A stretch of DNA of 64,000 nucleotides from Patescibacteria group bacterium (GCA_028717565.1 JAQUNP010000001.1:229996-293995), one strand, 5' to 3'. Numbered from the stretch's first letter, positions 6,009-16,588 are shown. The notes: generated from the letters alone by a model not told the origin. Numbers and translations: made by a program.

Positions 6009-9000
6009 CTATGGCTTCGGCGAACCGTCGCCGAAGTTGGTTAACCAATACCACAGATCGTAGCCGTTGACTAAGAAGTCACGATGCATATCGGCCAGAT
6101 AGGAGTCGGCATCCCAAGCCGCTAGGATAATATCTAAGTCGAGGCCATTGATTTGATTGTCGTGCCACGGAGTCGTGACTTGCTGTGCATTGATTTCGGG
6201 GGACAGGTCAGAGGCCTTGAGTTCATTAAAGGTCACATTGACTGTTGAGCTAGCCGAAGAAGTAGTGAATTGTTTGGTGGCCGCTAAGTGGTTTTTACCT
6301 TTAACCCACACGTCATAGGTTTTATTGGCGCGAAGATAGAACGGATTAGGTAGACCTTGCAGCAGCTCGTTGCCGTCACGGGAGTAGGCCTCATCGACTT
6401 CATAAGGTTCGACAGAGTTGGCCTCATGAATAGTTAACCAGATGCCTGGGTTGGTGACATTATCATAATCGTAATCGCGTGCCTCGACAGGTACCTTGAT
6501 GCCTAGATTGGTGATAGGCACCAGACCGTTTTCAAATGAAATCGGAGCCTTGACGGTAGTACCGGCAATTAAGGCAGTGGCTTCAGTTTTGTGAGCCGTA
6601 TTAGAGCTGACTCTAAAGACCACATGGCCACCATTACTGGTAGTAAATGTACTCGGATTATTTATGCCAGCGCCCGTGACATCGCGCAGAACATCCTGTG
6701 TTGAGTTAGTGGTACCAATGGTAACGGAAATACCATCCAGCGGGATGCCGTTATCATTTCTTACGGTCACCGTCACAGTCGAGTAGGCGCTGCCATTGGC
6801 TGGCACACGATACGGTGCCGCAGCAATATGACGATATCCCACGTCCTGGCCGGCGACTTTCTGCAATAACAAACTCTTTTGGGGCAGGAGCAGGGGTACG
6901 GCACTAGCAAAGACGTTGCCAATCTGACTACCTGGCACAAAGTTGGTGGTTAGTGTACCAGCTAAGCTCGTGACACCGTTGTAGCGAGTCAGATAATCCG
7001 CCGTGTGCTGACCAGCGAGTTTGAAAACAATCGGCCAGCCACCCATCGGTTTTAGAGTTTGACCATCAACCAAAGTAGCGGTTAGGATGACGTAATCACT
7101 GCCACCCACCTCCACAGTAGTTTTGTTAGCCGCCCACGTCAGCTGATATCTTTCGGTGTCAGCATTGTATTTGTTGATAGTTATTGGATTTGAGTACAAC
7201 CAGCCATAGGTAGGCAAGAGGGCCTTGGCACGAATCTCGACCGTGCCTACATTGGCATCGGCCACATAATGGCTATAGGCAATACCCAAGCCGTTGCTTT
7301 TATCAATAACCGGGTCTAGTGAGCCGGTGCCATCGGTAATGATGAAAGTCACATCCTGCTGAGGCACCACTTTGCCAGTGGGGTCAGTGAGGGTGGCAGT
7401 CAACAGAGAGGCGGCATATTGTCCAGGAATGATTTCGAGCTTATCCACTTCGCTAATCAACTCAAATTCGTAGACGTTGTCTTGCTTTATGATAGTGGTT
7501 GATCCTTCTACAAAGACGCCTTCCGTGGCATTTTCATACGTAGCCAAAATACTGGCTTCGATTGGTTCCACGCCGGCCTCTTCATTGTCGATGGTGTAGG
7601 TGAAGGTAAAACCGCCATGCTCGTCGGTAGTTACTTCTTTGGTGCTAAGAGTGCCTTGCTCCCGTTCATCTTGGAAGTGAATATCCACAACGGCGTCAGC
7701 TACTGGGATAATACCACCCGTGCCAACATCAAACCGAGCTAAGATGCCCGTAATAGTAGATTTTTCCAGACCGTTCCGTAGCAAAGCATTGGGGCTGGCA
7801 GTCATATCAATGGCATAACCACTGCTGGAGACGATTGTAAAATCATAGTGACCCGGATATTCAGCATGTTCGGTATAGGACTTGTCGACAAAGGTTTCGA
7901 CGTAGATATCCCAGTAACCAATCTTGGCACTGGCCGGGATAGAGGTTTCCACTACGAGTTGATTCGCACTGAGCACGTTGATCTTGGCAGGATCAGTTAT
8001 ATCAAAACCGTCCGTACCGGGATTCTTGTTATTAGGACTGGGCCGGAAATGAACTGTAGTTCTGTCCTTAGGCGCGACCGTATCAAAGTTGGTGTTAGTA
8101 CCAGTGATAGTAATGTTAAGTGTATCGCCACGATCGCTTGTACGCGGGACAACGCTGGCTAGATACGGGCCAGTGTTTTCGCCTGGTAGTACGGTAAAGA
8201 AAGTGGTTAGACGTTCCGTATAGGCAAAGCCCGTGTCGGTCACGGCAGGGGAGAGAGTAGTAACTCTCCAAATTCCTACAGGAGCCAAGCTGCCAATTTT
8301 TATATCAAAGGTTAGAACCTGTGAGTTCTGATTAATTTCTAAGTTCTCAACCTCAATTGTGCTGATACCTCCAGCCAAGTGATTATAAATTTCCCGACGA
8401 TCGGAGACAAAGTAACCATCAACTTGGGCATGGGCAATTATAAAATCGTAGCCAGGATTATTGGACTCATACCAAACCTCGCGGCAGGCCTCGCCATCAC
8501 CATAAGTACAGCTGGTTGGTGTGGTGTCGATAGTACCGCCGTTGGTAGCAATAAACTGGACGCTGCCACCGTATGTATCGGTAATATTAATCGGGTTGCC
8601 ATCTTGGCCAGTTTCATAAACTCTTACTTTAATAATGGAACGGGTAGTGTTTTCGTCTAACTCTTTGGGATCAACGCTGATGATGCTTAATGAATACGGG
8701 CTGACCGGCTCGATTGCGCGTAACCAAACATGGGCGTCATAATCAACACCAGCATAGGTAGTAGCGCCGACGATTTCGACCATGCCAGCATCCTCCGCAA
8801 CCGGTGCTCGATAGGTAATAGTGGCGATACCACTGGAATTGGTCGGGTAAGTCAATATATCCGGTGGCGAGAAATGGCCAGCGCCGGTGACAATTTCAAA
8901 AGTGATAGGTTGGCCGGCAATGGCGTTACCCTCGTCGTCAACAAATTTGGCAGAAACGGTTTTGGTAGATTGGCCATCCGCCACCACTTGATCGTCGCCC

Positions 9001-12000
9001 GAACTGTAAAGAGCGAGCTGTGATGGTTCATCGAAGAACACCGTGGTCTCGAGACCAAAATGCGAATCGGTACCGGCTATCTGCACATCGTAAATGGTCT
9101 GGCCTTGTTCGCCTTCATCGGGTTCGATGCGTATACCACCCGCATCCGGCACTCCAGCGGAGAACGGCCCCATGTATTGGGTAACTGAAGAACCAATGCC
9201 GCCGTATTGATACACCACACGCGATGGGTTTTCGGTTAAATTAACCGCCGTCAGTCCAGCTGTGGGGAAGCTAGAGGTTAAGTTGACTGGCATTTCAGCC
9301 ATAATTTGCCAACTTTGGCTAAAGGCATCGCCAACCGGAACGTACATGGTGGTTTCAGGGTGGAATTGGAAGCGAATCCACTCTATTTCCTCACCGGGGT
9401 CGCCACCACTTGCTCCTTCGCCAAAAGTTTCGCCCGTGGCTTCGGCAATATTTGGATACATTGGCACATGCGGATCAAGCAAGAAGATCTCGGAGTCGGC
9501 AGGAATGGTGCTGTCATAGCGGTTGTAGGTATTTTTTTGTTGGAAGTCACTTTGTCCACCATGAACCAACACGCCCCCATCCAAGCCAGTAGCAAAGTTG
9601 TTGTAAACCGGAATTGGTTCATGCTCCCCATCATGAATATCACGATAGTCGGCATCGACTTGCCAACCATTGGTCCATTTTTCAGTGCTAGCCGAGGCCT
9701 CAACCTCAATGCGAATGACATCTGTATCGTAAAGTGGACCACCAGTAGTCGGAATCCGATAGGCATAGACCTCCATCACTTCAACATCGTTGGCAATGTT
9801 TCGCAAACCTCCGACGGCGATGAAGTCGTCACCGCTGGGCGTGTAGGAAGCCAGGCCAAAGAAGGCACGACCATGCGCAACTCCGCTCTCCTTGAAGGCA
9901 TATTTAGCATCCAGTTTACTGCGACTATTTGCCAGTCCGGTTACCGGAGTGGTGCCCGACCAATAAGTATTATTAGCCGCCAGTCGGTAGGCCACATTAC
10001 CAACGAATTTATAGTTGAGGGATTTACCGAAGTCCATAACTGGCATACCAAATGGCTTATTGGATCCATCTGGTAGTTTCGACGTAGTATAAAACGGATG
10101 GATGACATCATCTATAACCCAAAAAGTTTTTACTCGGTAGTTATCAACCCGAGCCGTCTGAACATCTGGAGAGATGGGTTGTGGATCGGACGGCCAAGGC
10201 GGGAAGTGAGTAAAGTAGGTTTTGGCAAGCTTGCCGATATGGCTCACCTCCAAGCTCTTAAACCAGCTGGCACCGCCCAGCACTAGAATCTCTCCGGCTT
10301 GGGTTTTTATAACCTCATGTCCATAGCGACCTTGCGGCACTGGCACAATAGAGTAGACCGTTTCTGTCACAGCGTCGGGAGATTCAATGTAGGTGGGCGA
10401 GCCACCACCGGTAACATACCACTGTGGGGTGGTAGTAACTTGGTTGGCTTGAGCCATAAAGCGCAAGTGACCTAAGTGCATTACTCGATTGACCGCCCAC
10501 ACGTCACTCAACTGACCGATATAGTCACTTTCCAGTTCACGTTCAATTGAACCACTGGCAGTCGCGCTAGCGGTTTTGACAATATAGTGTTCACCCACAG
10601 TGGTGACGAAATCACCTGAAAGCAGGGCGTCGCGCAAAAGGGGAGCGAGGTCGATACTGGACTTGATTTTAAATTCATCAGTCATAGCCAAAACATCACC
10701 CATGTGGCTGGGGTGTAAACTGACCATGCGAATAGTAGCATGTTCCGAATAAACATCCGACGGAACCGCCCAAGCCAACTGCTGCGCGGTGACGTTCACG
10801 ATATTGTTGGTGCCTACTTTGTACCAGACTGGGTTGTCATCCAACTTTTTGACTGCATATTCCAACTGGACCGCAAAGCTTTCTTGGGTCGGGACGTTGG
10901 TGTACCAACGAATAGCATAGTTGCTGCCCGGTTCGATGACGGCTGGTTCTTGTTCGCCAGTTTCAGTGTTGAACGGTACAGGCGCACTAAATAATACCCA
11001 GGGCTGACCCCGGTCAGAAACTTGAAAAGTATTAGACAATGACCGTGTCTCTTGCGGATAGTAGTTTACCAACCAAGGATAAGGAGGGACTAAGGTTAAT
11101 CTGAATTGGACTTCGTAAGTAGTCCCGTCAGTTCCAAAGGTTTGCCAGGTATAGCCACCTCGCCCTGCGGGAACCTCGGTGACAAACTGCCAATCCGTCC
11201 AAGTGGTGTTGCCCACAGCACGCCTTTTGTATTCAACCTTTACCGTGCTGTTGGCACCATGAGAGTCCCAAGTGATTCTCTGGCTAGTGTATTCCGACCG
11301 ATCAGTTAGATTCTGCGCGGCTTGAATCCAGTACTCGGGCTTCAAAAGCACTGTGACAGTGTCCACATGTGCACCTGTACATTCAGGATCAATTTCAAAT
11401 TTACCAGTTTCAGGATTGAGACGGTAAGCGGATTGGTCACACAACTTAATGTCAGCCAGAATGTCGTTGCCATGGCCAACATAGGTACCACCCGAGTAAC
11501 TTCCCACGCGCCAAGCATATTTACCGTCGTTCTCTGTACGAGCACTGATAGTTTGCCATTCGGACCAGTAATTATCATCTTCAGGGGGTGGATCGTCGAA
11601 ACTAAACTCACCGCTGTCTTCGTCCAAAATGCGAATAAACAGAGCTGCGAATTGAGTCGCCTGTGGCTCCCAGGTTATGTCATAGTAATCACCAATCTGG
11701 AGTTCTTCCAGTTTTTGTCCGACTGGTTTGCTGGGATCAAAGTCGCGCGGCGTGATGATGCCTAGGTTACTTTGGGCGAAGGCCTTGGTTACAAAATTTT
11801 TCAACCTCATCGCCAGATTGACCATGGTGGTGCTCAATGATTTGTTGAGACCGGCCTCGGCGGCAGCCACGTCGGCAGCCCTGAGCGTATCGATTAGTGT
11901 TTGTCGCGTAGTGTTGATGCCCACATTTAAGCCCCGGTCAGTGGCCAGCTGCTGCAGCTGGTCGGTAGTCATCGAGTCGTACTCATCCGTGGTGGTAGTG

Positions 12001-12911
12001 CTGGTCGTAGAGACAACTGCACTGGTAGATGTGTGATAAGAAACCGTTGTGCCTTGATTGATAGTGGAGCCCACCGTGCCCCCAGGAAGATAGAGTTGGC
12101 TACCAATCGAACCGCCTGGGCCGATGACACGTTTGGTGCTTAAATTCAGCTCCTGCCACTGGCTGCTACCCCAGTCCACAATGCTTTGTAGGGGGTCGCC
12201 ATCCACGCCGACTGGCAGATCGAATGGATAACCATAAACACCACCCATAATATGCAAATCGGTACCGACCGAGATTACTTCTGGATAATAGTTCACACCA
12301 GTCAGCAAGGCGTACACCTTCCAACCGGATTCAATATTGGTTAGGTCCAGACGTTCGATAGTGGAATAAAAGAGTCCGATCTTGTCTGGCTCTTCGGGCG
12401 GAGTATGCATATCACCTGCCACCACGTATAAGAAATTGCCCACTCTCTCGACACCAAACTCCATGTGACCGAAGTTCAGATCGGGGACTTGTTTCCAGTC
12501 AACAAAATTGTTGGTACCGGGTTTAGTTTGGATTAAGCCAGTTTGGTTATCTACCTCGATTCTTTGAACAGAGTTAGACGCCACCCATTCGGTTTGGCCA
12601 TTAATGTAATTGTACCTGGCATCGCCGCCGCCAATAACATAAAGCCAGGTTTGGCCACCCTGTTCTAGTTGGACCAGTTTGGCATGTGCCCGTTTTTCGC
12701 CACCAGTATTCTCAACTTGTTCCCAGGTTTTGTCTAAATCGACAGGCAAAATACCGGCTCGGCTGCCAAAGAGAGAGAAGAGATTGCTAATTTGAGTAGA
12801 GAAAAACACTGCTCCAAACAGCACAAACAGCCCGACAACAAAAATAATCAGGCGTGAGCGGTTCCTAGGGACATCTAACCACTCAAAGAATTGTTCTCTC
12901 CAATTAGACAT
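6009..12911 (-). CDS. giant (2300 aa) N-terminally anchored surface protein: Kelch-like beta-propeller blades, HeH/SAP-like motif, many Ig-like (Big_1-type) repeats, dockerin-like duplicated C-terminal segment
   Basis: A single uninterrupted ORF. TM helix at residues ~20-40. Repeated blade signatures (LYVIGGG, LYVVAGD, LHIMGGV, ILVLGGA, FIAVGGL, VLVHGGQ, YQYGGIG). Invasin-like repeats, e.g. DGQSTKTVSAKFVDDEGNAIAGQPITFEIV. C-terminus DNQINGLDLDIILAAW / DFLVNGYDLWYWL. Confidence 0.9.
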   Translation of the reverse strand: MSNWREQFFEWLDVPRNRSRLIIFVVGLFVLFGAVFFSTQISNLFSLFGSRAGILPVDLDKTWEQVENTGGEKRAHAKLVQLEQGGQTWLYVIGGGDARYNYINGQTEWVASNSVQRIEVDNQTGLIQTKPGTNNFVDWKQVPDLNFGHMEFGVERVGNFLYVVAGDMHTPPEEPDKIGLFYSTIERLDLTNIESGWKVYALLTGVNYYPEVISVGTDLHIMGGVYGYPFDLPVGVDGDPLQSIVDWGSSQWQELNLSTKRVIGPGGSIGSQLYLPGGTVGSTINQGTTVSYHTSTSAVVSTTSTTTTDEYDSMTTDQLQQLATDRGLNVGINTTRQTLIDTLRAADVAAAEAGLNKSLSTTMVNLAMRLKNFVTKAFAQSNLGIITPRDFDPSKPVGQKLEELQIGDYYDITWEPQATQFAALFIRILDEDSGEFSFDDPPPEDDNYWSEWQTISARTENDGKYAWRVGSYSGGTYVGHGNDILADIKLCDQSAYRLNPETGKFEIDPECTGAHVDTVTVLLKPEYWIQAAQNLTDRSEYTSQRITWDSHGANSTVKVEYKRRAVGNTTWTDWQFVTEVPAGRGGYTWQTFGTDGTTYEVQFRLTLVPPYPWLVNYYPQETRSLSNTFQVSDRGQPWVLFSAPVPFNTETGEQEPAVIEPGSNYAIRWYTNVPTQESFAVQLEYAVKKLDDNPVWYKVGTNNIVNVTAQQLAWAVPSDVYSEHATIRMVSLHPSHMGDVLAMTDEFKIKSSIDLAPLLRDALLSGDFVTTVGEHYIVKTASATASGSIERELESDYIGQLSDVWAVNRVMHLGHLRFMAQANQVTTTPQWYVTGGGSPTYIESPDAVTETVYSIVPVPQGRYGHEVIKTQAGEILVLGGASWFKSLEVSHIGKLAKTYFTHFPPWPSDPQPISPDVQTARVDNYRVKTFWVIDDVIHPFYTTSKLPDGSNKPFGMPVMDFGKSLNYKFVGNVAYRLAANNTYWSGTTPVTGLANSRSKLDAKYAFKESGVAHGRAFFGLASYTPSGDDFIAVGGLRNIANDVEVMEVYAYRIPTTGGPLYDTDVIRIEVEASASTEKWTNGWQVDADYRDIHDGEHEPIPVYNNFATGLDGGVLVHGGQSDFQQKNTYNRYDSTIPADSEIFLLDPHVPMYPNIAEATGETFGEGASGGDPGEEIEWIRFQFHPETTMYVPVGDAFSQSWQIMAEMPVNLTSSFPTAGLTAVNLTENPSRVVYQYGGIGSSVTQYMGPFSAGVPDAGGIRIEPDEGEQGQTIYDVQIAGTDSHFGLETTVFFDEPSQLALYSSGDDQVVADGQSTKTVSAKFVDDEGNAIAGQPITFEIVTGAGHFSPPDILTYPTNSSGIATITYRAPVAEDAGMVEIVGATTYAGVDYDAHVWLRAIEPVSPYSLSIISVDPKELDENTTRSIIKVRVYETGQDGNPINITDTYGGSVQFIATNGGTIDTTPTSCTYGDGEACREVWYESNNPGYDFIIAHAQVDGYFVSDRREIYNHLAGGISTIEVENLEINQNSQVLTFDIKIGSLAPVGIWRVTTLSPAVTDTGFAYTERLTTFFTVLPGENTGPYLASVVPRTSDRGDTLNITITGTNTNFDTVAPKDRTTVHFRPSPNNKNPGTDGFDITDPAKINVLSANQLVVETSIPASAKIGYWDIYVETFVDKSYTEHAEYPGHYDFTIVSSSGYAIDMTASPNALLRNGLEKSTITGILARFDVGTGGIIPVADAVVDIHFQDEREQGTLSTKEVTTDEHGGFTFTYTIDNEEAGVEPIEASILATYENATEGVFVEGSTTIIKQDNVYEFELISEVDKLEIIPGQYAASLLTATLTDPTGKVVPQQDVTFIITDGTGSLDPVIDKSNGLGIAYSHYVADANVGTVEIRAKALLPTYGWLYSNPITINKYNADTERYQLTWAANKTTVEVGGSDYVILTATLVDGQTLKPMGGWPIVFKLAGQHTADYLTRYNGVTSLAGTLTTNFVPGSQIGNVFASAVPLLLPQKSLLLQKVAGQDVGYRHIAAAPYRVPANGSAYSTVTVTVRNDNGIPLDGISVTIGTTNSTQDVLRDVTGAGINNPSTFTTSNGGHVVFRVSSNTAHKTEATALIAGTTVKAPISFENGLVPITNLGIKVPVEARDYDYDNVTNPGIWLTIHEANSVEPYEVDEAYSRDGNELLQGLPNPFYLRANKTYDVWVKGKNHLAATKQFTTSSASSTVNVTFNELKASDLSPEINAQQVTTPWHDNQINGLDLDIILAAWDADSYLADMHRDFLVNGYDLWYWLTNFGDGSPKP

Positions 12912-12984
12912 AGTTTTATTTTAATTTTTTTCTTGTAATTCTCCTAATACTATCACCTTACAAGAACCCCCAATATGCAAAAAC

Positions 12985-13013
12985 ATTATACTATTTTTTT
13001 AGTATTTTGTCAA
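12985..13013 (-). promoter_or_regulatory. consensus promoter of the giant gene
   Basis: TTGACA(13013-13008)-17 nt-TATAAT(12990-12985). The ~70-nt leader has a 9-bp hairpin TTCTTGTAA/TTACAAGAA and no obvious SD at the ATG. Confidence 0.7.
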
Positions 13014-13021
13014 GGGGTAGT

Positions 13022-14086
13022 TTACTCGACCCCTAGTTCCTCTAAAGTCGCCCGCTGAATGTCGCTGCCCGCGCCAGTTCCCGTGCTGGCAGTACCGCTG
13101 GTATCATCTTGGTCCGGCATATAATAGCCAGTGATAACTTCACGGATGTAATCCTCATCAGCGACCATGAAGGCGAGAGGGGTATCAAACTGTGCGGCCA
13201 GTTCGCCCATTCTTTCGGGTGACGGCTCAGCAATAGCTACGGTCAAGGCCTCGCCGGAACGGGCGATTGGCACTGCCATGTATTTCACTGCGGTATCATA
13301 CGACATTTCCTGTACCACACCAGGATCAATTTGATAGCGAGAGAGGTCAATGGAGGGAATATGGTACTGATTGCCTAGTGCTCGAATCAGCTCTTCGCGA
13401 GAAATAAGTTCTTTGTCCAATAAGATCTTGCCTAAACGCTGGCCACTACTGTGTTGTTCACGCAAGGCCATAGTTAGGTCTTGGTGCGAGATTGAACCTT
13501 GCGCGACTAAAATCTCACCCAGAGTTTGCGTTGGCTTCATAGTTTTGACTGTCATCTCTCCCGTTCCAGAAGCAGGGTGGGTAGATTCGCTGTAATCAGA
13601 AATGACTTGGGCCCATTTTCTGGCATTGGGGATAGACCGCAACTCAAAGAAACTTTCCTTCCCCGCGGATTGTACCTTTATATCACCGAAACCGAACACC
13701 GAAGCCCAGGTGCCTTGGATGGTAAAACGCACGTCTTGAATCTGGGAAAACGGAATTTGAGAAATCCGACGGTTGAAAAGAGTAACTAGTTGAATATCAA
13801 TTAAGCGTTCCTGGGTAAGTATCCATGCATCCATATACCAGAAAATCCACTGCATCATGAAGAAACTGATAACAAAGACAATATATAATCCACCAAACAT
13901 CCAAGCGCCGGCTTCGACTAAAGGATCCTCAGTCAGCCCTAGTGCGTTAACGCCAATTGCGCCTAAAGCCATTGGCAACAACATGGCCACAGACCATCCA
14001 AAGGGCGCTAGCAAGTTTAAAACATGCCGACGTAGGGTCTTCTCAATACGCTCCTTGGTGGCAAATTGTGAGTCAGAGTACGCCAT
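13022..14086 (-). CDS. membrane bPH (YdbS/YdbT-like) domain protein fused to a T2SSE_N/MshEN-type domain
   Basis: 354 aa: 2 TM helices, then a PH-like region (ILTQERLIDIQ...IQDVRFTIQG...FGFGDIKVQSAG). Two 24-residue motifs, TLGEILVAQGSISHQDLTMALREQ and RLGKILLDKELISREELIRALGNQ, are separated by 5 residues. Confidence 0.8.
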   Translation of the reverse strand: MAYSDSQFATKERIEKTLRRHVLNLLAPFGWSVAMLLPMALGAIGVNALGLTEDPLVEAGAWMFGGLYIVFVISFFMMQWIFWYMDAWILTQERLIDIQLVTLFNRRISQIPFSQIQDVRFTIQGTWASVFGFGDIKVQSAGKESFFELRSIPNARKWAQVISDYSESTHPASGTGEMTVKTMKPTQTLGEILVAQGSISHQDLTMALREQHSSGQRLGKILLDKELISREELIRALGNQYHIPSIDLSRYQIDPGVVQEMSYDTAVKYMAVPIARSGEALTVAIAEPSPERMGELAAQFDTPLAFMVADEDYIREVITGYYMPDQDDTSGTASTGTGAGSDIQRATLEELGVE

Positions 14087-14089
14087 GTC

Positions 14090-14290
14090 TTATACGTTAT
14101 AGGCCACGATACCAGCGATGAGAGAAAACCCTGCTATCGTCACCACCAGAGCCAGATAAATAAATAGAACGATTAAAGATTTGTCGGCTGGATCTTTGAT
14201 ACGGAAGCGAAAGACATGAAATATGTTAATACCGACGTACGTAGCCGCCATTAAAGCCAAGATAATGTATGTAATAATCAGGCCTGTCAT
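14090..14290 (-). CDS. hypothetical 2-TM small membrane protein (66 aa)
   Basis: ORF track; its ATG overlaps the ruvB stop (ATGA). Confidence 0.5.
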   Translation of the reverse strand: MTGLIITYIILALMAATYVGINIFHVFRFRIKDPADKSLIVLFIYLALVVTIAGFSLIAGIVAYNV

Positions 14291-15303
14291 GATTGAAACA
14301 GCCGTGGGCTGTCCTGTGTAAGACCCAGATGCATACGAGCCTTGTCGGTAACTAGGCGCCCTTGAGCCGTCCGTATAAGATAACCTTCCTGGATCAAATA
14401 CGGCTCATAAACGTCTTCCAAAGTTTGGCTTTCCTCTGAAATAGCTGCTGCCAGAGCCCGTAATCCTACTGGGCCCCCATTAAATTGATTAATAATGATC
14501 GTGATGATGCGCCTGTCAATTTCGTCTAACCCTACCATATCTATGGTCATTAAGTCAAGGGCTTCCTTGACCGTAGCGATGGTGATCTGACCACCATTCT
14601 TGACCAAAGCGAAGTCCCGTACACGTTTGAGAATGCGGTTGGCCGTCCGTGGAGTACGCCGAGAGGCATGGGCCAGTACGTCGATGCATTCTTCATTTAG
14701 GATTATCCCTAGAAGTTTGGCGGAGCGCTTGATGATAGCTTGGATATCTTCGACATCGTAAAAGTCCAACCGAAAAATAGAACCGAAACGATCGCGTAGG
14801 GGAGAAGACAGCAGCCCAGCTCGCGTGGTCGCGCCAATCAGAGTGAACTTGGGTAGGTCGATTTTGATTGAACGAGCCGACGGCCCCTTGCCCACAATAA
14901 TATCAAGTGCATAATCCTCCATGGCCGTGTAGAGCACTTCTTCAATCGGTCGGCTTAAACGATGGATTTCGTCAATAAACAAGATGTCACCGTCTTTGAG
15001 ATTGGTTAAAATCGCTGCCAAATCACCAGCTCGCTCAATCGCAGGGCCGGAAGTAGTTTTAAATCCTACTCCCATTTCTTTGGCGATGATGTTGGCCAGA
15101 GTCGTTTTGCCCAAACCCGGAGGGCCAAATAGCAAAATGTGGTCTAGCGCCGCCGAGCGCTGCTGGGCAGATGCGATAGCAATCTGAATCGCGGCCTTGG
15201 TATTGGTTTGACCAATATAGCTAGCAAAACTCTGCGGACGCAGGTTTTGGTCTAGGAGCTCGTCATCTTCTGAGATGTGGGGGTCAACAACTCGAGTTTG
15301 CAT
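14287..15303 (-). CDS. ruvB: Holliday junction branch migration helicase RuvB
   Basis: Walker [16 protein letters not shown], RuvB winged-helix C-terminus. I prefer ATG 15303 (AAGGA just upstream, 7 nt after the previous stop) over the track's GTG at 15333. Confidence 0.95.
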   Translation of the reverse strand: MQTRVVDPHISEDDELLDQNLRPQSFASYIGQTNTKAAIQIAIASAQQRSAALDHILLFGPPGLGKTTLANIIAKEMGVGFKTTSGPAIERAGDLAAILTNLKDGDILFIDEIHRLSRPIEEVLYTAMEDYALDIIVGKGPSARSIKIDLPKFTLIGATTRAGLLSSPLRDRFGSIFRLDFYDVEDIQAIIKRSAKLLGIILNEECIDVLAHASRRTPRTANRILKRVRDFALVKNGGQITIATVKEALDLMTIDMVGLDEIDRRIITIIINQFNGGPVGLRALAAAISEESQTLEDVYEPYLIQEGYLIRTAQGRLVTDKARMHLGLTQDSPRLFQS

Positions 15304-15310
15304 ATCCTTA

Positions 15311-15781
15311 TTATAACGAAAGAAGCGCGACACCCCCCAGTGTCGCAGCCGCAGAAATAATCACGGACAGAAAAATGCCTATTAATAACAAGATGGCGGA
15401 GTGGTGCAGCTTGATGCCAAACAGATACGCCAGAAGTGCACCTGTCCATGCCCCAGAGAAGGGCAAGGGAATCGCAACAAAAATCGTTAAAGCCACCGTG
15501 CCCCAGCGTTCAAATTTCTGAGAATGGCGATGATACGTAGTATGAAAAATGGCGGCAAAGAACTTGTCGATAGCCGGATGCCAAGTCCGCACCCAGCTCG
15601 TTAGATATGTCAGCCCCAATAAGATCGCAAAAGCCGTAACAAAGCTCACTACAGTGGCTATCAACATAACCCAAATTGGTGGCAACCCAAGTGAGATGCC
15701 CAGAATCACTGCACCCCGTGCTTCGATAATTGGCATGATGCTGGCCAGCATGACACTCTGATAGTCGGCGATAAACTCCAT
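15311..15781 (-). CDS. small integral membrane protein, COG2426 / putative small multidrug export family
   Basis: 156 aa, 4-5 TM. Starts ...[11 protein letters not shown]; [10 protein letters not shown] segment typical of that family. Confidence 0.7.
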   Translation of the reverse strand: MEFIADYQSVMLASIMPIIEARGAVILGISLGLPPIWVMLIATVVSFVTAFAILLGLTYLTSWVRTWHPAIDKFFAAIFHTTYHRHSQKFERWGTVALTIFVAIPLPFSGAWTGALLAYLFGIKLHHSAILLLIGIFLSVIISAAATLGGVALLSL

Positions 15782-16588
15782 TTATCTAAAAAGATAAAGT
15801 GCTATAAGACCAGCGCCTGTTGCGATAAGATATCCTGCGAAAATGAACAAACGATTGTTTTTTAAGAAGTTTATAAGTAAATGGATAGCTAAAAGACCGA
15901 ATCCGAATGCAGTTACAAAGCCTATTGCTAGTGCCTCCCAGGCCACGGTATCCGCCGCCGTGCTAAACTGCCAGAGAGAATAAAGTCCGGCCAACACGAT
16001 GATGGGCATGGCTGCCAAAAAGGAATAACGGGCAGCGGTTTCGCGTTTTAGACCGTAATACATACCGGTGATGATGGTAGCTCCCGAACGTGAAATGCCC
16101 GGCAAAATAGCCACGGCCTGTGCCAGGCCGATACCAAGCGCATCAAAAAAGTTGAGTTTTGAGGTATCCTTTTTGGCCTGAGAAATACGCTCGAGCCATA
16201 TAAACATCAGACCAGTAAAGACCATCAATGCCGCTACGGGTATCACGCCACGAACTTGCTGCTCAATGGTTTCCGCCCAGAGCAGCGCAGCACCGATGGC
16301 CGGAATAGTAGTAACGACTATCAATAGGAAGAGCCGTCGCGATTGAGTAGCGGTGCGGGTTTCTTTTTTAGAAAAAATGGCAACGGAAATATTTTTCCAT
16401 TCCTGCCAAAAATAAATCAACACAGCGAGAGCTGTGGCCAAATGCAATACGGCGTCAAAAGCCAGACCCTGGTCTTGAAACCCAAAAATTTCTCGAATTA
16501 AAATAAGGTGCCCAGATGAGCTAATCGGAATAAATTCGGTTAAGCCCTGGGTGGCCCCCAAGATTGCTGTCTCAATATACGTAGCCAT
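15782..16588 (-). CDS. uppP: undecaprenyl-diphosphate phosphatase
   Basis: 268 aa polytopic; FIPISSSGHL and SRSGATI motifs of BacA/UppP. Confidence 0.9.
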   Translation of the reverse strand: MATYIETAILGATQGLTEFIPISSSGHLILIREIFGFQDQGLAFDAVLHLATALAVLIYFWQEWKNISVAIFSKKETRTATQSRRLFLLIVVTTIPAIGAALLWAETIEQQVRGVIPVAALMVFTGLMFIWLERISQAKKDTSKLNFFDALGIGLAQAVAILPGISRSGATIITGMYYGLKRETAARYSFLAAMPIIVLAGLYSLWQFSTAADTVAWEALAIGFVTAFGFGLLAIHLLINFLKNNRLFIFAGYLIATGAGLIALYLFR

